A stretch of 63,118 nt of DNA, counting the filler. It is 6 parts of 6 records of this genome, joined end to end, with 100 filler letters (N's around TTAATTAATTAA, not from the genome) between each part and the next. Parts side by side here need not be neighbours in the genome. Positions count along the whole stretch, not along the records: positions 16,987 to 24,806 come from SRR31156797_11537; positions 24,907 to 45,889 come from SRR31156797_11550; 4 more parts are not named here. One strand, given 5' to 3'. Within the stretch, counting starts at the first letter, position 1; each line of letters begins with the position of its first letter. Below are positions 19,811 to 31,528 of this stretch, in pieces. Position numbers and translations under genes: made by a program. The notes under the pieces are model-generated. The model saw only the letters and a program-made list of their open reading frames with translations. It was not told where the DNA came from and ran no database searches.

Positions 19811-19831
19811 TCAGGTGATAAGGAGAAGTGC

Positions 19832-20794
19832 ATGGAGCCGAAGGAATACACGGTAAAGACCAACGGCATCAATCTGCATATAGCCGAGGTGGGGGAAGGG
19901 CCGTTAGTGATATTATGCCACGGATTCCCGGAATTGGGTTATTCGTGGCGTCATCAACTCAAGGCCCTGGCCGAAGCCGGCTATCGGGCCGTGGCCCCGG
20001 ACCAACGGGGCTACGGCCGGTCCGATTGCCCGGAATCGATCGAGGCGTATGACATCTTCCAGCTCACCGGGGACATCGTGGGGCTGGTCCACGCCCTTGG
20101 CGAGGAGCGGGCCGTCATCGCGGGGCACGACTGGGGGTCCATGGTCGCCTGGCATTCCGCCCTGTTCAGACCGGACATGTTCCGGGGCCTGATGCTCTTG
20201 AGCGTACCTTACAACCCCCGGCAATGGGGGGATATACCGCCCACCGAGATTATGAAGATGCTGAGCGGCGATCAGGTTTTCTACATCTCCTACTTCCAAA
20301 AGCCGGGCAAGGCGGAGAAAGACATGGAGGTTGATGTGGAAAAGACCGTCCGGGCGGGTTTTTATTCGCTTTCCGGAGCAGCGCCGCCGGACAAACGCTG
20401 GAGATTCGTCTTTGGAAAAGACGAATGCCTCTCCGATACCTGGCAAGCGCCGGAAGTCATGCCGGACTGGATCTCGGAAGAGGAGGTCGCCTTCTTCACA
20501 AAATCCTTCCAGCGGACCGGTTATCGCGGCGGGCTGAACTGGTACCGGAATTACGACCGCAACTGGGTTCTGACACCCTTTCTAAGCGGCGCAAGGATCA
20601 TCCAACCCACGTTGTTCGCGGCCGGAGAATCAGACGCGGTCATCACTATGATGAAAGGCCAGTACGACCACCTGGAAGCCAACATCCCCAACTTGACTAA
20701 AAAGGTGCTGATACCCGGCGCCGGCCACTGGGTCCAGCAGGAAGCGCCCGATCGGGTCAATGAACTTATGGTTGAGTTCCTGAACAGCCTTTAG
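19832..20794 (+). CDS. Epoxide hydrolase-like alpha/beta hydrolase
   Basis: HGFPE oxyanion motif, DQRGYG, GHDWG nucleophile, LNWYRN, GAGHWVQQE. Confidence 0.9.
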   Translation: MEPKEYTVKTNGINLHIAEVGEGPLVILCHGFPELGYSWRHQLKALAEAGYRAVAPDQRGYGRSDCPESIEAYDIFQLTGDIVGLVHALGEERAVIAGHDWGSMVAWHSALFRPDMFRGLMLLSVPYNPRQWGDIPPTEIMKMLSGDQVFYISYFQKPGKAEKDMEVDVEKTVRAGFYSLSGAAPPDKRWRFVFGKDECLSDTWQAPEVMPDWISEEEVAFFTKSFQRTGYRGGLNWYRNYDRNWVLTPFLSGARIIQPTLFAAGESDAVITMMKGQYDHLEANIPNLTKKVLIPGAGHWVQQEAPDRVNELMVEFLNSL

Positions 20795-21006
20795 AAAGGT
20801 CGTGGCTGAATGGATGAAGCATAGTCGTCATCTCACCAATTACGCGGAAGGAGAAGTAATAAATGTCGCCGGAACACAGAAGCCTGTACTGATGACCACA
20901 ATGCCGCCGGAACACAGGAGTTTGTAATCCTTAGCGCCATTGGGTGAAGCCCTGGCCATGCTGTCAGGATATCTTTAAAAACTTTTTTGGGGAGGAGGGA
21001 CCAAAA

Positions 21007-22674
21007 ATGACGGCTCCGGCTCAGGCGCCTGAAATTCCGAATGTATCCTTTGGTGAAATTCTGAACGAAGGATTGCGTTTTCAACCCGACCGCGCGGCGT
21101 ACCACTTCATGGGTGCGAGCATGACTTTTGGTGAACTGGACCGCCAGTCCCGGTGTTTTGCCGGGTGGCTTCACAACCAGGGCTGCGCGCCCGGGGATGT
21201 GGTATCGCTCTATATGCCCAACCTGCCCCAGTCCCTGATCACCATGGCCGGGGCCTTTAAGGCAGGGTGCATTCTGAACGGCGTGTCGCCTCTCCTGACC
21301 CCCAAGGAACTGGTCTACCAACTGAATGACTGCCGGGCCAAGGTGCTGGTGGGGCTGGACGTGCTGCTGGACGCCAACCTGAAACCCATAAAGGACCAGG
21401 TCCCCGACTTGAAGCATATCGTGGTCGCCAAAATCGGGAACTACCTGCCCGCGATGAAACGCTTTTTAGGCAACCTGCTCAAAAAAATACCATCCGCTAA
21501 AATTGAATCCGTCCCCGGCAAGACCCTGACCCTGTTTCCCGATATCTTTAAAACAAGCAGCCCTTACGAAACCGACCAAAGACCCGCTCCCGAGGACACG
21601 GCGATGTTGATGTATACCGGCGGCACTACCGGGCCGTCCAAGGGTTGTGAGATAACCAACCGCACCCTGGTGGCCGAAGCCTTGTCCGCCGAGCACAACT
21701 TCGACATGAAAAAGGGCACCGAAATCGCCTGTTCCGGTTTTCCGTTTTTTCACATCGCCGGCATGGGCCTGGCCAACACCTGCCTGGCCAACGCCTACAC
21801 CCAGGTGCTTGTACCCGACCCGCGGAACGTCAAGTATGTGGTGGACGCCATGATCAAGTACAAGCCCACGTTTGTGGCCAATGTGCCCACGTTGTACCTG
21901 ATGCTCATGGATGATCACAGGTTCCGGGACCTTGACCTCAACGCCGAAGGTAATTTTACCGCCTGTGTTTCCGGCGCCGCTCCTTTTGCCACAGAGCCTT
22001 TTCAGGTGCTGGAAAAGATCGTTGGCCAGGGCAAGCTTCTCGAGGCGTACGGGCTCACCGAAACTTGTTCCACGTTTACCGTCAATCCGCTCCACGGTTT
22101 GAAAAAGCTGGGTTCCGTGGGACTTCCCCTAGTAGGCAATCGCGTGCGGATTTTGAGCCTGGAAGACGGGGTCACTGAAATGCCGGTGGGCGAGGAAGGC
22201 GAGGTCTTTGCCAACGGGCCCAAGATTATGAAGGGGTACTTGAATAAACCGGAAGAAACCGCCAAGGCGCTGCGCGAGATCGACGGCGAAGTCTGGTTGG
22301 CCACGGGCGACGTGGGTAAGGTGGACGAAGACGGGTACTTGTACATCGTGGACCGCACCAAGGACATGATCCTGGTGGGCGGATTCAACGTGTTTTCCAA
22401 GATCGTGGAAGACCGGCTGTTCGAGCACCCGGCCATTGATATCTGCGCCGTGATCGGGGCGCCCAATCCCGATCGCCCGGGCGACCAGATGGTCAAGGCC
22501 GTGGTGCAACTCGGGGATGCCTACCTGACCCATGATGAGGAGTCTTTGAAAAAAGAACTCGACGCCTTTTGCCGGGAAGAGCTGTCCTCTTACAAGGTTC
22601 CGCGAGTGTATGAGTTTACCCGCGAGATCCCTCTCACCGCTGTGGGCAAGGTCGATAAAAAAGTCCTGCGCTGA
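21007..22674 (+). CDS. Long-chain acyl-CoA synthetase (AMP-binding)
   Basis: YTGGTTGPSKG, YGLTE, TGD, DRTKDMI and terminal GKVDKK; GGAGG ribosome-binding site before ATG 21007. Confidence 0.92.
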   Translation: MTAPAQAPEIPNVSFGEILNEGLRFQPDRAAYHFMGASMTFGELDRQSRCFAGWLHNQGCAPGDVVSLYMPNLPQSLITMAGAFKAGCILNGVSPLLTPKELVYQLNDCRAKVLVGLDVLLDANLKPIKDQVPDLKHIVVAKIGNYLPAMKRFLGNLLKKIPSAKIESVPGKTLTLFPDIFKTSSPYETDQRPAPEDTAMLMYTGGTTGPSKGCEITNRTLVAEALSAEHNFDMKKGTEIACSGFPFFHIAGMGLANTCLANAYTQVLVPDPRNVKYVVDAMIKYKPTFVANVPTLYLMLMDDHRFRDLDLNAEGNFTACVSGAAPFATEPFQVLEKIVGQGKLLEAYGLTETCSTFTVNPLHGLKKLGSVGLPLVGNRVRILSLEDGVTEMPVGEEGEVFANGPKIMKGYLNKPEETAKALREIDGEVWLATGDVGKVDEDGYLYIVDRTKDMILVGGFNVFSKIVEDRLFEHPAIDICAVIGAPNPDRPGDQMVKAVVQLGDAYLTHDEESLKKELDAFCREELSSYKVPRVYEFTREIPLTAVGKVDKKVLR

Positions 22675-22748
22675 ATGGCGCCCCGAGGTTCTTGAGAACA
22701 CAACCAAACATCCCCGAAAGGGGATCAGATAGAGGAGAGGAGAAAGAC

Positions 22749-23585
22749 ATGAATCTGGAAGACTGTCGTGAAGCGGGAAAAGACCTATACCATCGCCTGC
22801 ACCTGCCCACCTGGCCGGTGGCCATCAAGTACATCAAAAGCGAGGACGAGATACCGGAACAGGCCGTCCGGCCTTCTGCCATGGGCCAGCAGTGGAGCCT
22901 TTGCCAGGCCTTCACTTACGCCCGCCGCTGGGGCTGGCACTCGGCCATGACCGAAAAGGACAACTTCTGTGTGCCTTCGTCCGCCTTCCACCAATGGGTC
23001 GACGTGACCATGGAGGAGCTGCTCGAAAGCCAGGTCCGGCAGGGCTGGCATAAGGACCGGGCCGCCGAGGAGAGGAAATTCGACTATATCGCCAAAAACC
23101 TTTACGGCGGCCCGGAGGGCCAGGCAATGCTGGAACGGATGAAGCAGTTCATCGGTTTCATTTGTTCGCCCCTGCCGCAAACAATTGTTGAACCGGACTC
23201 CGTCTTGATCTATGGCGACGGCGGGCACATCTCCCATATGATTCAGGCCCTCTGCTACGATTACACACAGCCGGTCACCTCCTCGTTCGAAGGATTTGGT
23301 GAATCTTGCTTCAAAGGCTGCCTCCTGCCGTTCATCACCGGCCAACCGCAGGTCGTAATCCCCGGCACGGGAGACCGGGCCTTTAGCGGGACTTCGGAAC
23401 ACGAGATCGCCGTCGGGATTCCCGGTTCCAAGTTGAACGAACTCACCGAACATCTTTTTAAGACCGGCGGCCGCCAGAACATGGGCCTTCCCCTGAAAAC
23501 CCTCCTGGCCATGGGGCTGACGGAATCCATTACGCCGGGTTTTCAGTACTTGAGGAACATCGTCGACAGTAAAAAGGAGAGTTGA
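22749..23585 (+). CDS. DUF169-family protein
   Basis: PVAIK, LCQAF...ARR, NFC, EPD, ESC, PGTGDR pattern. Confidence 0.7.
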   Translation: MNLEDCREAGKDLYHRLHLPTWPVAIKYIKSEDEIPEQAVRPSAMGQQWSLCQAFTYARRWGWHSAMTEKDNFCVPSSAFHQWVDVTMEELLESQVRQGWHKDRAAEERKFDYIAKNLYGGPEGQAMLERMKQFIGFICSPLPQTIVEPDSVLIYGDGGHISHMIQALCYDYTQPVTSSFEGFGESCFKGCLLPFITGQPQVVIPGTGDRAFSGTSEHEIAVGIPGSKLNELTEHLFKTGGRQNMGLPLKTLLAMGLTESITPGFQYLRNIVDSKKES

Positions 23586-23590
23586 GCACA

Positions 23591-24806
23591 ATGGGTAGAA
23601 ATTTTTTTAATCGAGACACGCGGGACGCTCGATTTCTGCTGTTCGAGCATCTGGGAGTAGACCGCCTCCTGGGGTACGAGGCGTACCAGGATTTCACTGG
23701 AGACGATTTCAACATGATCCTGGAAGAGGCCCGAAAGGTTTCTTCCGAAGTGCTTGGGCCGACTTTACAGGATGCGGACCGGGAGGGCGCCATATATAAA
23801 GATGGAAAGGTCACCTTGCCGGAATGCATGCATGCGTGCTGGAACGTACTTAAAGAGAACGGATGGATCAGCATAGCGAATAGTCCGGAATTCGGCGGCC
23901 AGGGACTTCCGATGGCTTTGAACGTGCTGGTTGCAGAGATGTTCGGAGCGGCCAACAATCAGATTGTCGGCTATCCCGGTCTGGCGGTCGGTGCAGGCCG
24001 TCTGATCGAAAACTTCGGCACGGATGAAGACCGCGCCCTGTTCGTGGAGAACATGTACACCGGCGTCTGGGGCGGGACCATGTGTCTGACCGAGGCTGAC
24101 GCCGGTACGGACAATGGACACCTCCGCACCAAAGCCATCCCGGACCCCGATGCCGACGATCCTCGGATTTATAAAATCGAAGGTTCCAAGTGTTTCATTT
24201 CCGCGGGGGAGCACGATCTGACGGACAACATCATCCATCTGCTCATCGCCCGTATCGAAGGCGAGCCCATGGGCACCAAAGGCATCAGCCTGTTTATCGT
24301 GCCCAAGATATGGGTGAATCCGGACGGTACATTAGGCGAGCCAAACGACGTGGCCTGCGGCGGAATCGAAGACAAGATGGGCATCCACAGCTATTCGACC
24401 TGCACCCTGAACTTCGGCGAAAACGGCGCCTGCAGAGGCATCTTGCTCGGCGAGCCCAACAGCGGTATGGCTAAAATGTTCCAGATGATGAACGAGGCCC
24501 GGATCGGTACCGGACTCGGCGCCATAAGCCTGGCTGCGGCGGCGTACGACGTAGCCCGCGGGTATGCCAAGGAGCGAATCCAGGGACCGCCGTTCATCAA
24601 CCGTCGCGCCCCGCGCGTTAGGATCATCGAACATGAAGACGTCCGCCGCATGCTCATGAACATGAAAGCCGGGACAGAAGCCATGCGGGCCTTTGCCGTC
24701 AAACTTTCCTATTTGATCGACGTGGCCGAACACGATCCCGATCCGGAAGCCAAAAAAGAAGCCCAGAGGCAGGTAGACCTGCTCACACCACTCATCAAAT
24801 CGTACT
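23591..24806 (+). CDS. Acyl-CoA dehydrogenase, 3'-truncated
   Basis: GGQGLP, GTMCLTE, KGISLFIVPK, MFQMMNEARIG, YAKERIQG. Confidence 0.93.
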
Positions 24807-24906
24807 NNNNNNNNNNNNNNNNNNNNNNNNNNNNNNNNNNNNNNNNNNNNTTAATTAATTAANNNNNNNNNNNNNNNNNNNNNNNNNNNNNNNNNNNNNN
24901 NNNNNN
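24807..24906. other. Artificial contig spacer
   Basis: N44-TTAATTAATTAA-N44. Confidence 0.98.
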
Positions 24907-27342
24907 AGGCTCGTCTTCCGTTATCGCTTCTGGCTGTTCAGATTCCGAGTTGACTTGTTCTGTATCTGGTTCAACAGTCGGTTCTTCAACTTCTTCCGTT
25001 GCTAACTGACTTTCCGCGCTTGCCTCTTTATCATCAAAAGCCCAGTCATCGTCTTGAGGAATGCCGAACTCATTGGCGATAACCTCTTCAGCAGCTTCAG
25101 TGGATTTAGGCTCAGGCTCTTCAGCCACATCCGACAATTGTTCGAGTTCAGCCTCTTTATCTAACCCTTCAATTTCAGGACTGAAATCAAACTCATCGTC
25201 CGTAAAAGCCTCGTCCAGCTCAGAACTTAAATCAAAATCGTCTTCATCAAGCAGAGGATCCGTTTCTGGAGCGTTATTAATCAGGTCATCAATGAAGTTT
25301 TTACTGTTAAAATCTTGCTCTTCTTCAGCGCTCGATTTTTCAATATCTAACAGCTCATCGAAGAGCTCTAAGCCTTCATCCTTTTCTTGACTGTCATCCG
25401 AATCTGATAAGAAGCTGTCGTAACCTTCTGGCTCTTCACTTAACTCGCCAACGAAATCATCGAGCAAGTACGTACTATTCTCATCAATTTCTGGAATATC
25501 GGACGGTTCAGACTCACCCAACAACTCATCCAACTCTGACATGATGTCATCGTCAGTTGCATCAGCTTCATTTTCTGAAGAGTCGTCTGTAAGCAGCTCA
25601 TCGAGTAACGCGGTGTTATCAAGATCAAAAAGCGAATCATCAACGGGGTCTTCTAATAACTCTGATTCGTCTTTTGCATTGGCTTCAAGCTGATCAAGGT
25701 CAGCTTGTGCTTCAATGTTGGCAAATAGATCGTCTAGTTCTTCGTCAGAGGCGAAGCTTGCTTCGAGGCTGTCATCACTTTTCTTGGTTGAATCGTTGCC
25801 CTCTTCTGAACCATCGTCTAATAAGCTATCAAAGTTCAGTAAATCTTCGGTGTCATCGTCATCATCTTGTTGGGCAAAAAGGTCATCCAACATCGATTGA
25901 TCTAACGTCGGAGAATCCAGTTCTTCGGTTCCTCCACCTGAAGATAATAGAGTTTCGATATCTTCTTGTGACATTTCACCGTCATCAGATAAATCAAACC
26001 CTTCGTCATCATCTTCATCGTCGTTTTCTGACACTTGATCGAGCGCGCGTTCCATCTCTTCCAGACCAAGAGCTTTTTCTTCGCCGCTAACGCTAATACC
26101 ACTACTGCTTGACAGTGAGTCTGTGAAATCAGTGTCTAGATCACCAGAATCATCAATGGCAGCAAAGAGATCTTCGCCATCTTCACCGTCTAAATCAAAG
26201 TCCAGATCCGCGTCATCAAATCCAAAGTTTTCGTCTTCACTATCACTTGATTGTTCTTCTGGCTTGTCTTCTACTGGCTCATCTTTATCTTCCGCGAATA
26301 ACGAATCGCCATCATCCATACCACCAAACAAATCATCGTCTAGCAGTAATTCCTCGTCTAGGTCATCTAAGCTCTGTTCCGCTGCAATGATCGGCGCAAC
26401 GGGTGCATCCGGAACCGGATTCATTTGAGTTTGGGTTACATCTTGTTGTGCGTTGGAGCTAGAGCGTCGCCCAAGGAACATCATCACCAATAGTGCAATT
26501 AACAGCCCAGGAATAAGTGCTAACCCTGCAACAACCCAGCCATTCGACAAAAGTTGGTCCAATTGAGAAGGCGCTAAACGTTGGTTTTCTTCAAGCTTCA
26601 TTCGCTCTTCAGCCAGTAACTTTTCAACTTCTGAACGAATTCGATTCTCGTCACCAAGTTCTTGCTTGAGTCCGCTGACTTCTGTCTGAACTTCTGCAAG
26701 CATCAGTCTCAAACGATGGTTTTTCTCTTCTAAAGCTTGAATCTCACTCTCTGAACCATCGATTGCCGTTGGCGCTGTGATCGTTTCAACTGGGGCTGAC
26801 TCAGGTTTAATGGCATCTGTGGCAGGAGGAGCTTGTTCAACAGTAGCTGTTGGCTGAGCTGGCGTTGAAGCAACTTCAGGTGTCGGTGAAGGAGTGGTAT
26901 TTGCTGCTGGCTGTTGATTAAGTCGAGCCTGATGCGCAGCCATCACGTTAACGGCTTCTTGGGTCGAAACGCTACTGACCTGCTCAAGAGAAGGAATTCG
27001 TAAAGAACTTCCAGGAATCAAGCTATGGATATTTTGATTTTCAAAGGCTTGAGGGTTCAAGCGGTATATAGCGAGTAACGTTTGTTGAACGGATACCTGA
27101 GTAGAAGGGCGAATACGAGTCGCAATTGACCACAACGTATCACTTTCAGAGGTAGGGCCGATAAGTTGGGAAGGCTCGTTACTAGAGCTAGCGTTGCGAA
27201 CAATATCGCTACTAAATTGTGGTGATGACTGGACCTCACCACTAGGACCAATAAGGCGAATACTTTCTGCACTAACGATAGAAGTCTGAGTCACGGCTAC
27301 TAGAGCAATTGGCAATAACAGTCGCTTGAAAAATTGACGCAT
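24907..27342 (-). CDS. hubP: Polar landmark protein HubP/FimV, 3'-truncated
   Basis: Signal peptide, LysM-like DTLWSIA...LLAIYRLNPQAF, coiled coil, TM helix and a long acidic cytoplasmic region; adjacent to glnS as in Vibrio. Confidence 0.88.
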
Positions 27343-27510
27343 ATAAGGCTCAGCTAGGTGCTTAAAATTAATTAAAATAACAGTCTGTTAAATATATCGG
27401 ATAAGAGGAGCAAAACTATAGTGTTGAAACTAAAAAATGTGTCCATACCGCAATAATCGCAGCAATCTCACACTAATTACACTCATCGATACTTCACATA
27501 ATGACCATTC

Positions 27511-27543
27511 AAAAAAATAAAAGCCAGCTTTACGCCGGCTTTT
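27511..27543 (-). terminator. glnS terminator
   Basis: AAAAGCC...GGCTTTT hairpin with an A-tract on the + strand. Confidence 0.6.
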
Positions 27544-27565
27544 AACATTTCCACTAAATCGATAC

Positions 27566-29236
27566 TTAAGCAGATTCAATCTTAGCCCATGTATCACGCA
27601 GGCCAACTGTACGGTTAAATACTAACGATTCCTGCGTCGAGTCTTTGTTATCAGCACAAAAGTAACCCATACGTTCAAACTGGTAACCCGCTTCTGCTTC
27701 AGCCGCTTGTAAGCTTGGCTCAACATAACCACTCATCTTAACCAAAGATTCTGGATTAATGGTTGCAGCAAAATCATCAGCTGCCGCTGGGTTTGGAACC
27801 GTGAACAGACGATCGTACAAACGGAACTCCGCAGGCAAACCTTTATCAGCAGAAACCCAGTGAATAACACCTTTTACTTTGCGTCCATCCTCTGGATTTT
27901 TACCAAGAGTTGCTGGATCGTAGGTACAGAAGATGGTGGTGATATTTCCGTCTTGGTCTTTTTCAATGCGCTCAGCTTTTATAACGTAAGCACCACGCAG
28001 ACGAACTTCTTTCCCAAGCACTAGGCGCTTGTATTTCTTGTTCGCTTCTTCGCGGAAATCTTCACGCTCGATCCATACTTCACGAGTAAACGGTACTTCA
28101 CGTGAACCCATTTCTGGATTATTCGGGTGATTGGCTAAATTCAGCACTTCAACACTATCGGCATCGTAGTTTTCAATCACAATCTTAACTGGGTCTAAGA
28201 CTGCCATTGCACGTGGTGCATTGTTGTTTAAGTCATCGCGAATGCAAGACTCTAGAGAGCTGAACTCAATCATGTTGTCTTGCTTGGTTACACCAATGCG
28301 TTTACAAAACTCACGAATTGAAGCTGACGTAAAGCCACGGCGGCGTAAACCAGAAATCGTTGGCATACGAGGGTCATCCCAACCGTTAACCAAATTCTCT
28401 GTCACCAGTTGGTTCAACTTACGCTTAGACATGACCGTGTATTCAAGATTCAGACGGCTGAACTCATACTGGCGAGGATGACAATCAACGGTGATGTTAT
28501 CCAATACCCAGTCGTATAAACGACGGTTGTCTTGGAACTCTAGTGTACAAAGCGAGTGAGTAATACCTTCTAGCGCATCCGAGATACAGTGCGTGAAGTC
28601 GTACATTGGATAGATGCACCATTTGTCACCAGTTTGATGATGATCTGCAAAGCGTACACGATAAATAACCGGATCACGCAATACCATAAATGATGAAGAC
28701 ATATCAATTTTCGCACGAAGACAAGCTTCACCCTCTTTGAAACCACCCGCTCTCATTTTCTCAAACAGAGCTAAGTTTTCTTCAACAGAACGATCACGAT
28801 ATGGGCTGTGTTTCCCAGCCTCTGTCAACGTACCACGATATTCACGGATTTGATCTGGCGTTAACTCTTCAACGTAGGCCAAGCCTTTATTGATCAATTC
28901 CAAGGCATACTCGTATAGCTTGTCAAAGTAATCTGATGAATAGCAAATATCACCAGACCATTCAAACCCTAACCAAGAGACGTCTTTCTTGATTGAATCA
29001 ACGTACTCGATATCTTCTTTTTCTGGGTTTGTATCATCGAAGCGTAAATTACACTGGCCCTGATAGTCTTGAGCGATTCCAAAATTCAAACAAATAGACT
29101 TTGCGTGACCGATATGCAGATAACCATTAGGCTCTGGCGGGAAACGAGTATGCACGCTAGTGTGTTTACCATCCGCTAAATCTTTATCAATGATTTGGCG
29201 AATGAAGTTTGATGGACGAGCCTCAGCTTCACTCAT
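27566..29236 (-). CDS. glnS: Glutamine--tRNA ligase
   Basis: [14 protein letters not shown] and VMSKRKL signature motifs. Confidence 0.98.
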   Translation of the reverse strand: MSEAEARPSNFIRQIIDKDLADGKHTSVHTRFPPEPNGYLHIGHAKSICLNFGIAQDYQGQCNLRFDDTNPEKEDIEYVDSIKKDVSWLGFEWSGDICYSSDYFDKLYEYALELINKGLAYVEELTPDQIREYRGTLTEAGKHSPYRDRSVEENLALFEKMRAGGFKEGEACLRAKIDMSSSFMVLRDPVIYRVRFADHHQTGDKWCIYPMYDFTHCISDALEGITHSLCTLEFQDNRRLYDWVLDNITVDCHPRQYEFSRLNLEYTVMSKRKLNQLVTENLVNGWDDPRMPTISGLRRRGFTSASIREFCKRIGVTKQDNMIEFSSLESCIRDDLNNNAPRAMAVLDPVKIVIENYDADSVEVLNLANHPNNPEMGSREVPFTREVWIEREDFREEANKKYKRLVLGKEVRLRGAYVIKAERIEKDQDGNITTIFCTYDPATLGKNPEDGRKVKGVIHWVSADKGLPAEFRLYDRLFTVPNPAAADDFAATINPESLVKMSGYVEPSLQAAEAEAGYQFERMGYFCADNKDSTQESLVFNRTVGLRDTWAKIESA

Positions 29237-29417
29237 CTATAGCACCTCAAAAATAATTTAATACTGGCAGAATTTTTCCTGTCTGGGCCAAATTAGCCAC
29301 TAGTTACAGAAACATTGCGTTCAATGATCCACAATTCTGGACAATTTCACAATAAAAACTGCGGTTTTCTCGTGAATTAATCATCACTTCGACTGTTCTA
29401 TAGCCAACGTCCTACAT

Positions 29418-29449
29418 AAAAAAAGCCTCCGCTTAACGCGAAGGCTTTT
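29418..29449 (-). terminator. nagE terminator
   Basis: AAAAAAAGCCTCCGC-ttaac-GCGAAGGCTTTT. Confidence 0.7.
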
Positions 29450-29473
29450 AATTGGACTATTTAGCGATAGTTC

Positions 29474-31051
29474 TTAAGGTAGTTTTACACCTGATAAATC
29501 TTCAGAAGAACTAACTGCTTTCATCTCACCAGCAACAATCTCTGCCAGTGGACCTAGGATAACTTGAAGGTTGTTTTCGCCAAGCTTAACAACACCTTTT
29601 GCACCTAGTTTTTTCAGTACAGCTTCGTCAGCCACTGAACGATCTTTCAGTGTTAGACGTAGACGAGTGATACAAGCATCAATCGTAGTTAGGTTTTCGT
29701 GACCACCTAGAGCTTTTAGGTATTGACGAGCTAGGTCACCTTTGTCTGCGCTTGAAGAAGCAGCTGGAGCTTCTGAACCTTCTTCATCATCTTCACGACC
29801 TGGCGACTTCAAGTTGAAAGTGCGGATTGCGAATGTAAATGTGAAGAAGTATAGAGCGAAGAAGCCTAGACCGATGATTAGTAGCGTTAGAGGTTTAGTT
29901 GCAAGACCCCAGTTCAACGCGAAGTCAATAAGACCAGCAGAGAAGCCAAAGCCGTGCAGCGTACCAAACATGTTAGCAACCACTAGAGCAAGACCAGTAA
30001 ATACTGCGTGCATTGCGTATAGTGCTGGAGCTAGGAACACGAACATGAATTCTAGTGGCTCTGTGATACCAGTTAGGAATGAACAGAACGCTACTGAGAA
30101 TAGTGCACCACCAACTTGGTGACGTTTCTCTGCAGGTGCTGCAAAGTACATTGCTAATGCTGCACCAGGTAGACCAAACATCATGATTGGGAAGAAACCG
30201 TTCATGAATACACCAGCGCTCTTATCGCCACCGAAGAAACGGTGTAGGTCGCCAGACTTCATAGTTTCAGTGACTTCTTTCACTACAGCTGTGATTTCAG
30301 GGTTAACTGCGTTTTGGAAAGCAAACGTATGCTCTTGACCAGCAACTAGAGTCTTAGCTAGTGCAGGGTCAACACACAGTTTTTGTAGAGCAGGTAGAGC
30401 TTGACCAGCAGCTTGAGCACCTGAAACTACGATTTCCTGACATGTACCCATACCGAACCAGAAGTACGAGTTAAGTACGTGGTGTAGACCTACAGGGATC
30501 AATGCACGGTTCAGAGTACCGTAAACAAACTGACCAACTGAGCCAGAAGTTGATACTGCGTGAGCAAGTGCATCAAGACCGCTTTGAACGCCTGGCCATA
30601 CAACACCAAAGATTGCACCAGCAACTAAGGCAAATAGGCCCGCCATAATAGGTACTAGACGCTTACCAGAGAAGAACGCTAACCATTCTGGTAGACGAGT
30701 AGCGTGAAAAGCGTTGTAAGCATGACCAGCAATGATACCTGCGAAGATACCACCGAAGAATGACATGTTAATTGAAGCATCGATAGTTTTTGCTGTTGCA
30801 GTCAATACGAAGTAAGCAACCGCGCCAGCTAGGCCAGCAGCACCTGAACCGTCTTTAGAAAGACCGATCGCGATACCTAGACCAAATAAAAGTGGTAATT
30901 GTCCGAAGATAGCTCCACCAGCTTCGGCCATAAATGGAATGTCTAATAGGTCACCCTGACCTAAGCGTAATAAGATCGCAGCAACAGGAAGCGTTGCGAT
31001 AGGTAGCATCAAAGCTTTACCTAACTTTTGCGCATATCCAAGAATATTCAC
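29474..31051 (-). CDS. nagE: PTS N-acetylglucosamine transporter EIICB
   Basis: QKLGKALMLPIA, GLHHVLN, GITEPLEF (EIIC) and DACITRLRL (EIIB); divergent from nagA. Confidence 0.95.
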   Translation of the reverse strand: MNILGYAQKLGKALMLPIATLPVAAILLRLGQGDLLDIPFMAEAGGAIFGQLPLLFGLGIAIGLSKDGSGAAGLAGAVAYFVLTATAKTIDASINMSFFGGIFAGIIAGHAYNAFHATRLPEWLAFFSGKRLVPIMAGLFALVAGAIFGVVWPGVQSGLDALAHAVSTSGSVGQFVYGTLNRALIPVGLHHVLNSYFWFGMGTCQEIVVSGAQAAGQALPALQKLCVDPALAKTLVAGQEHTFAFQNAVNPEITAVVKEVTETMKSGDLHRFFGGDKSAGVFMNGFFPIMMFGLPGAALAMYFAAPAEKRHQVGGALFSVAFCSFLTGITEPLEFMFVFLAPALYAMHAVFTGLALVVANMFGTLHGFGFSAGLIDFALNWGLATKPLTLLIIGLGFFALYFFTFTFAIRTFNLKSPGREDDEEGSEAPAASSSADKGDLARQYLKALGGHENLTTIDACITRLRLTLKDRSVADEAVLKKLGAKGVVKLGENNLQVILGPLAEIVAGEMKAVSSSEDLSGVKLP

Positions 31052-31132
31052 CTTTAGTTCCCCCTATAGGATTTTTGTATATGTGGCATACTTATTTTAG
31101 TCGCCCAATTTAGTCCAGTTCAGTGTATGACA

Positions 31133-31249
31133 TTAATTTTGCCCCGCAAATTAAAAGCTCATCAATTGTGATCATAATCACTTGAAACGCTAGGAATACG
31201 AGGTTTTTGCTAGCGAGATCATAAAACTTATTTTACAATATAAAAAAAC
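31133..31249. promoter_or_regulatory. Two NagC operators flanking a CRP site
   Basis: TTAATTTTGCCCCGCAAATTAAA (31133-31155) and CTTATTTTACAATATAAAAAAAC (31227-31249), 94 bp apart; TGTGA-N6-TCACT at 31167-31182. Confidence 0.8.
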
Positions 31250-31528
31250 AACAAATACCCGTTAGTATTTATCTTCATTACTCATGAAAAGTAGTATGTA
31301 TTATTAGTGTTTACTACGAGAGTAACCAAAATCGACTAACGAGAAGCACAACTAAAGCAAAGCCCGATTTTTCCATTTTGTCACCTCATAGGTGGCAAAT
31401 TTATAAAAAGATATTTTGCGATATAGCGTAAGTCCTCCGAAGGTATTATTTGCATACATTCAAATTAGGCAAAAACCGCGTATCGCACCTAAATTTATAA
31501 AATGTCTGTCGACGAGGATTCGTTAATT

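Noticed and set aside
24907-26350. Highly acidic low-complexity region
   Set aside because: Normal cytoplasmic region of HubP/FimV
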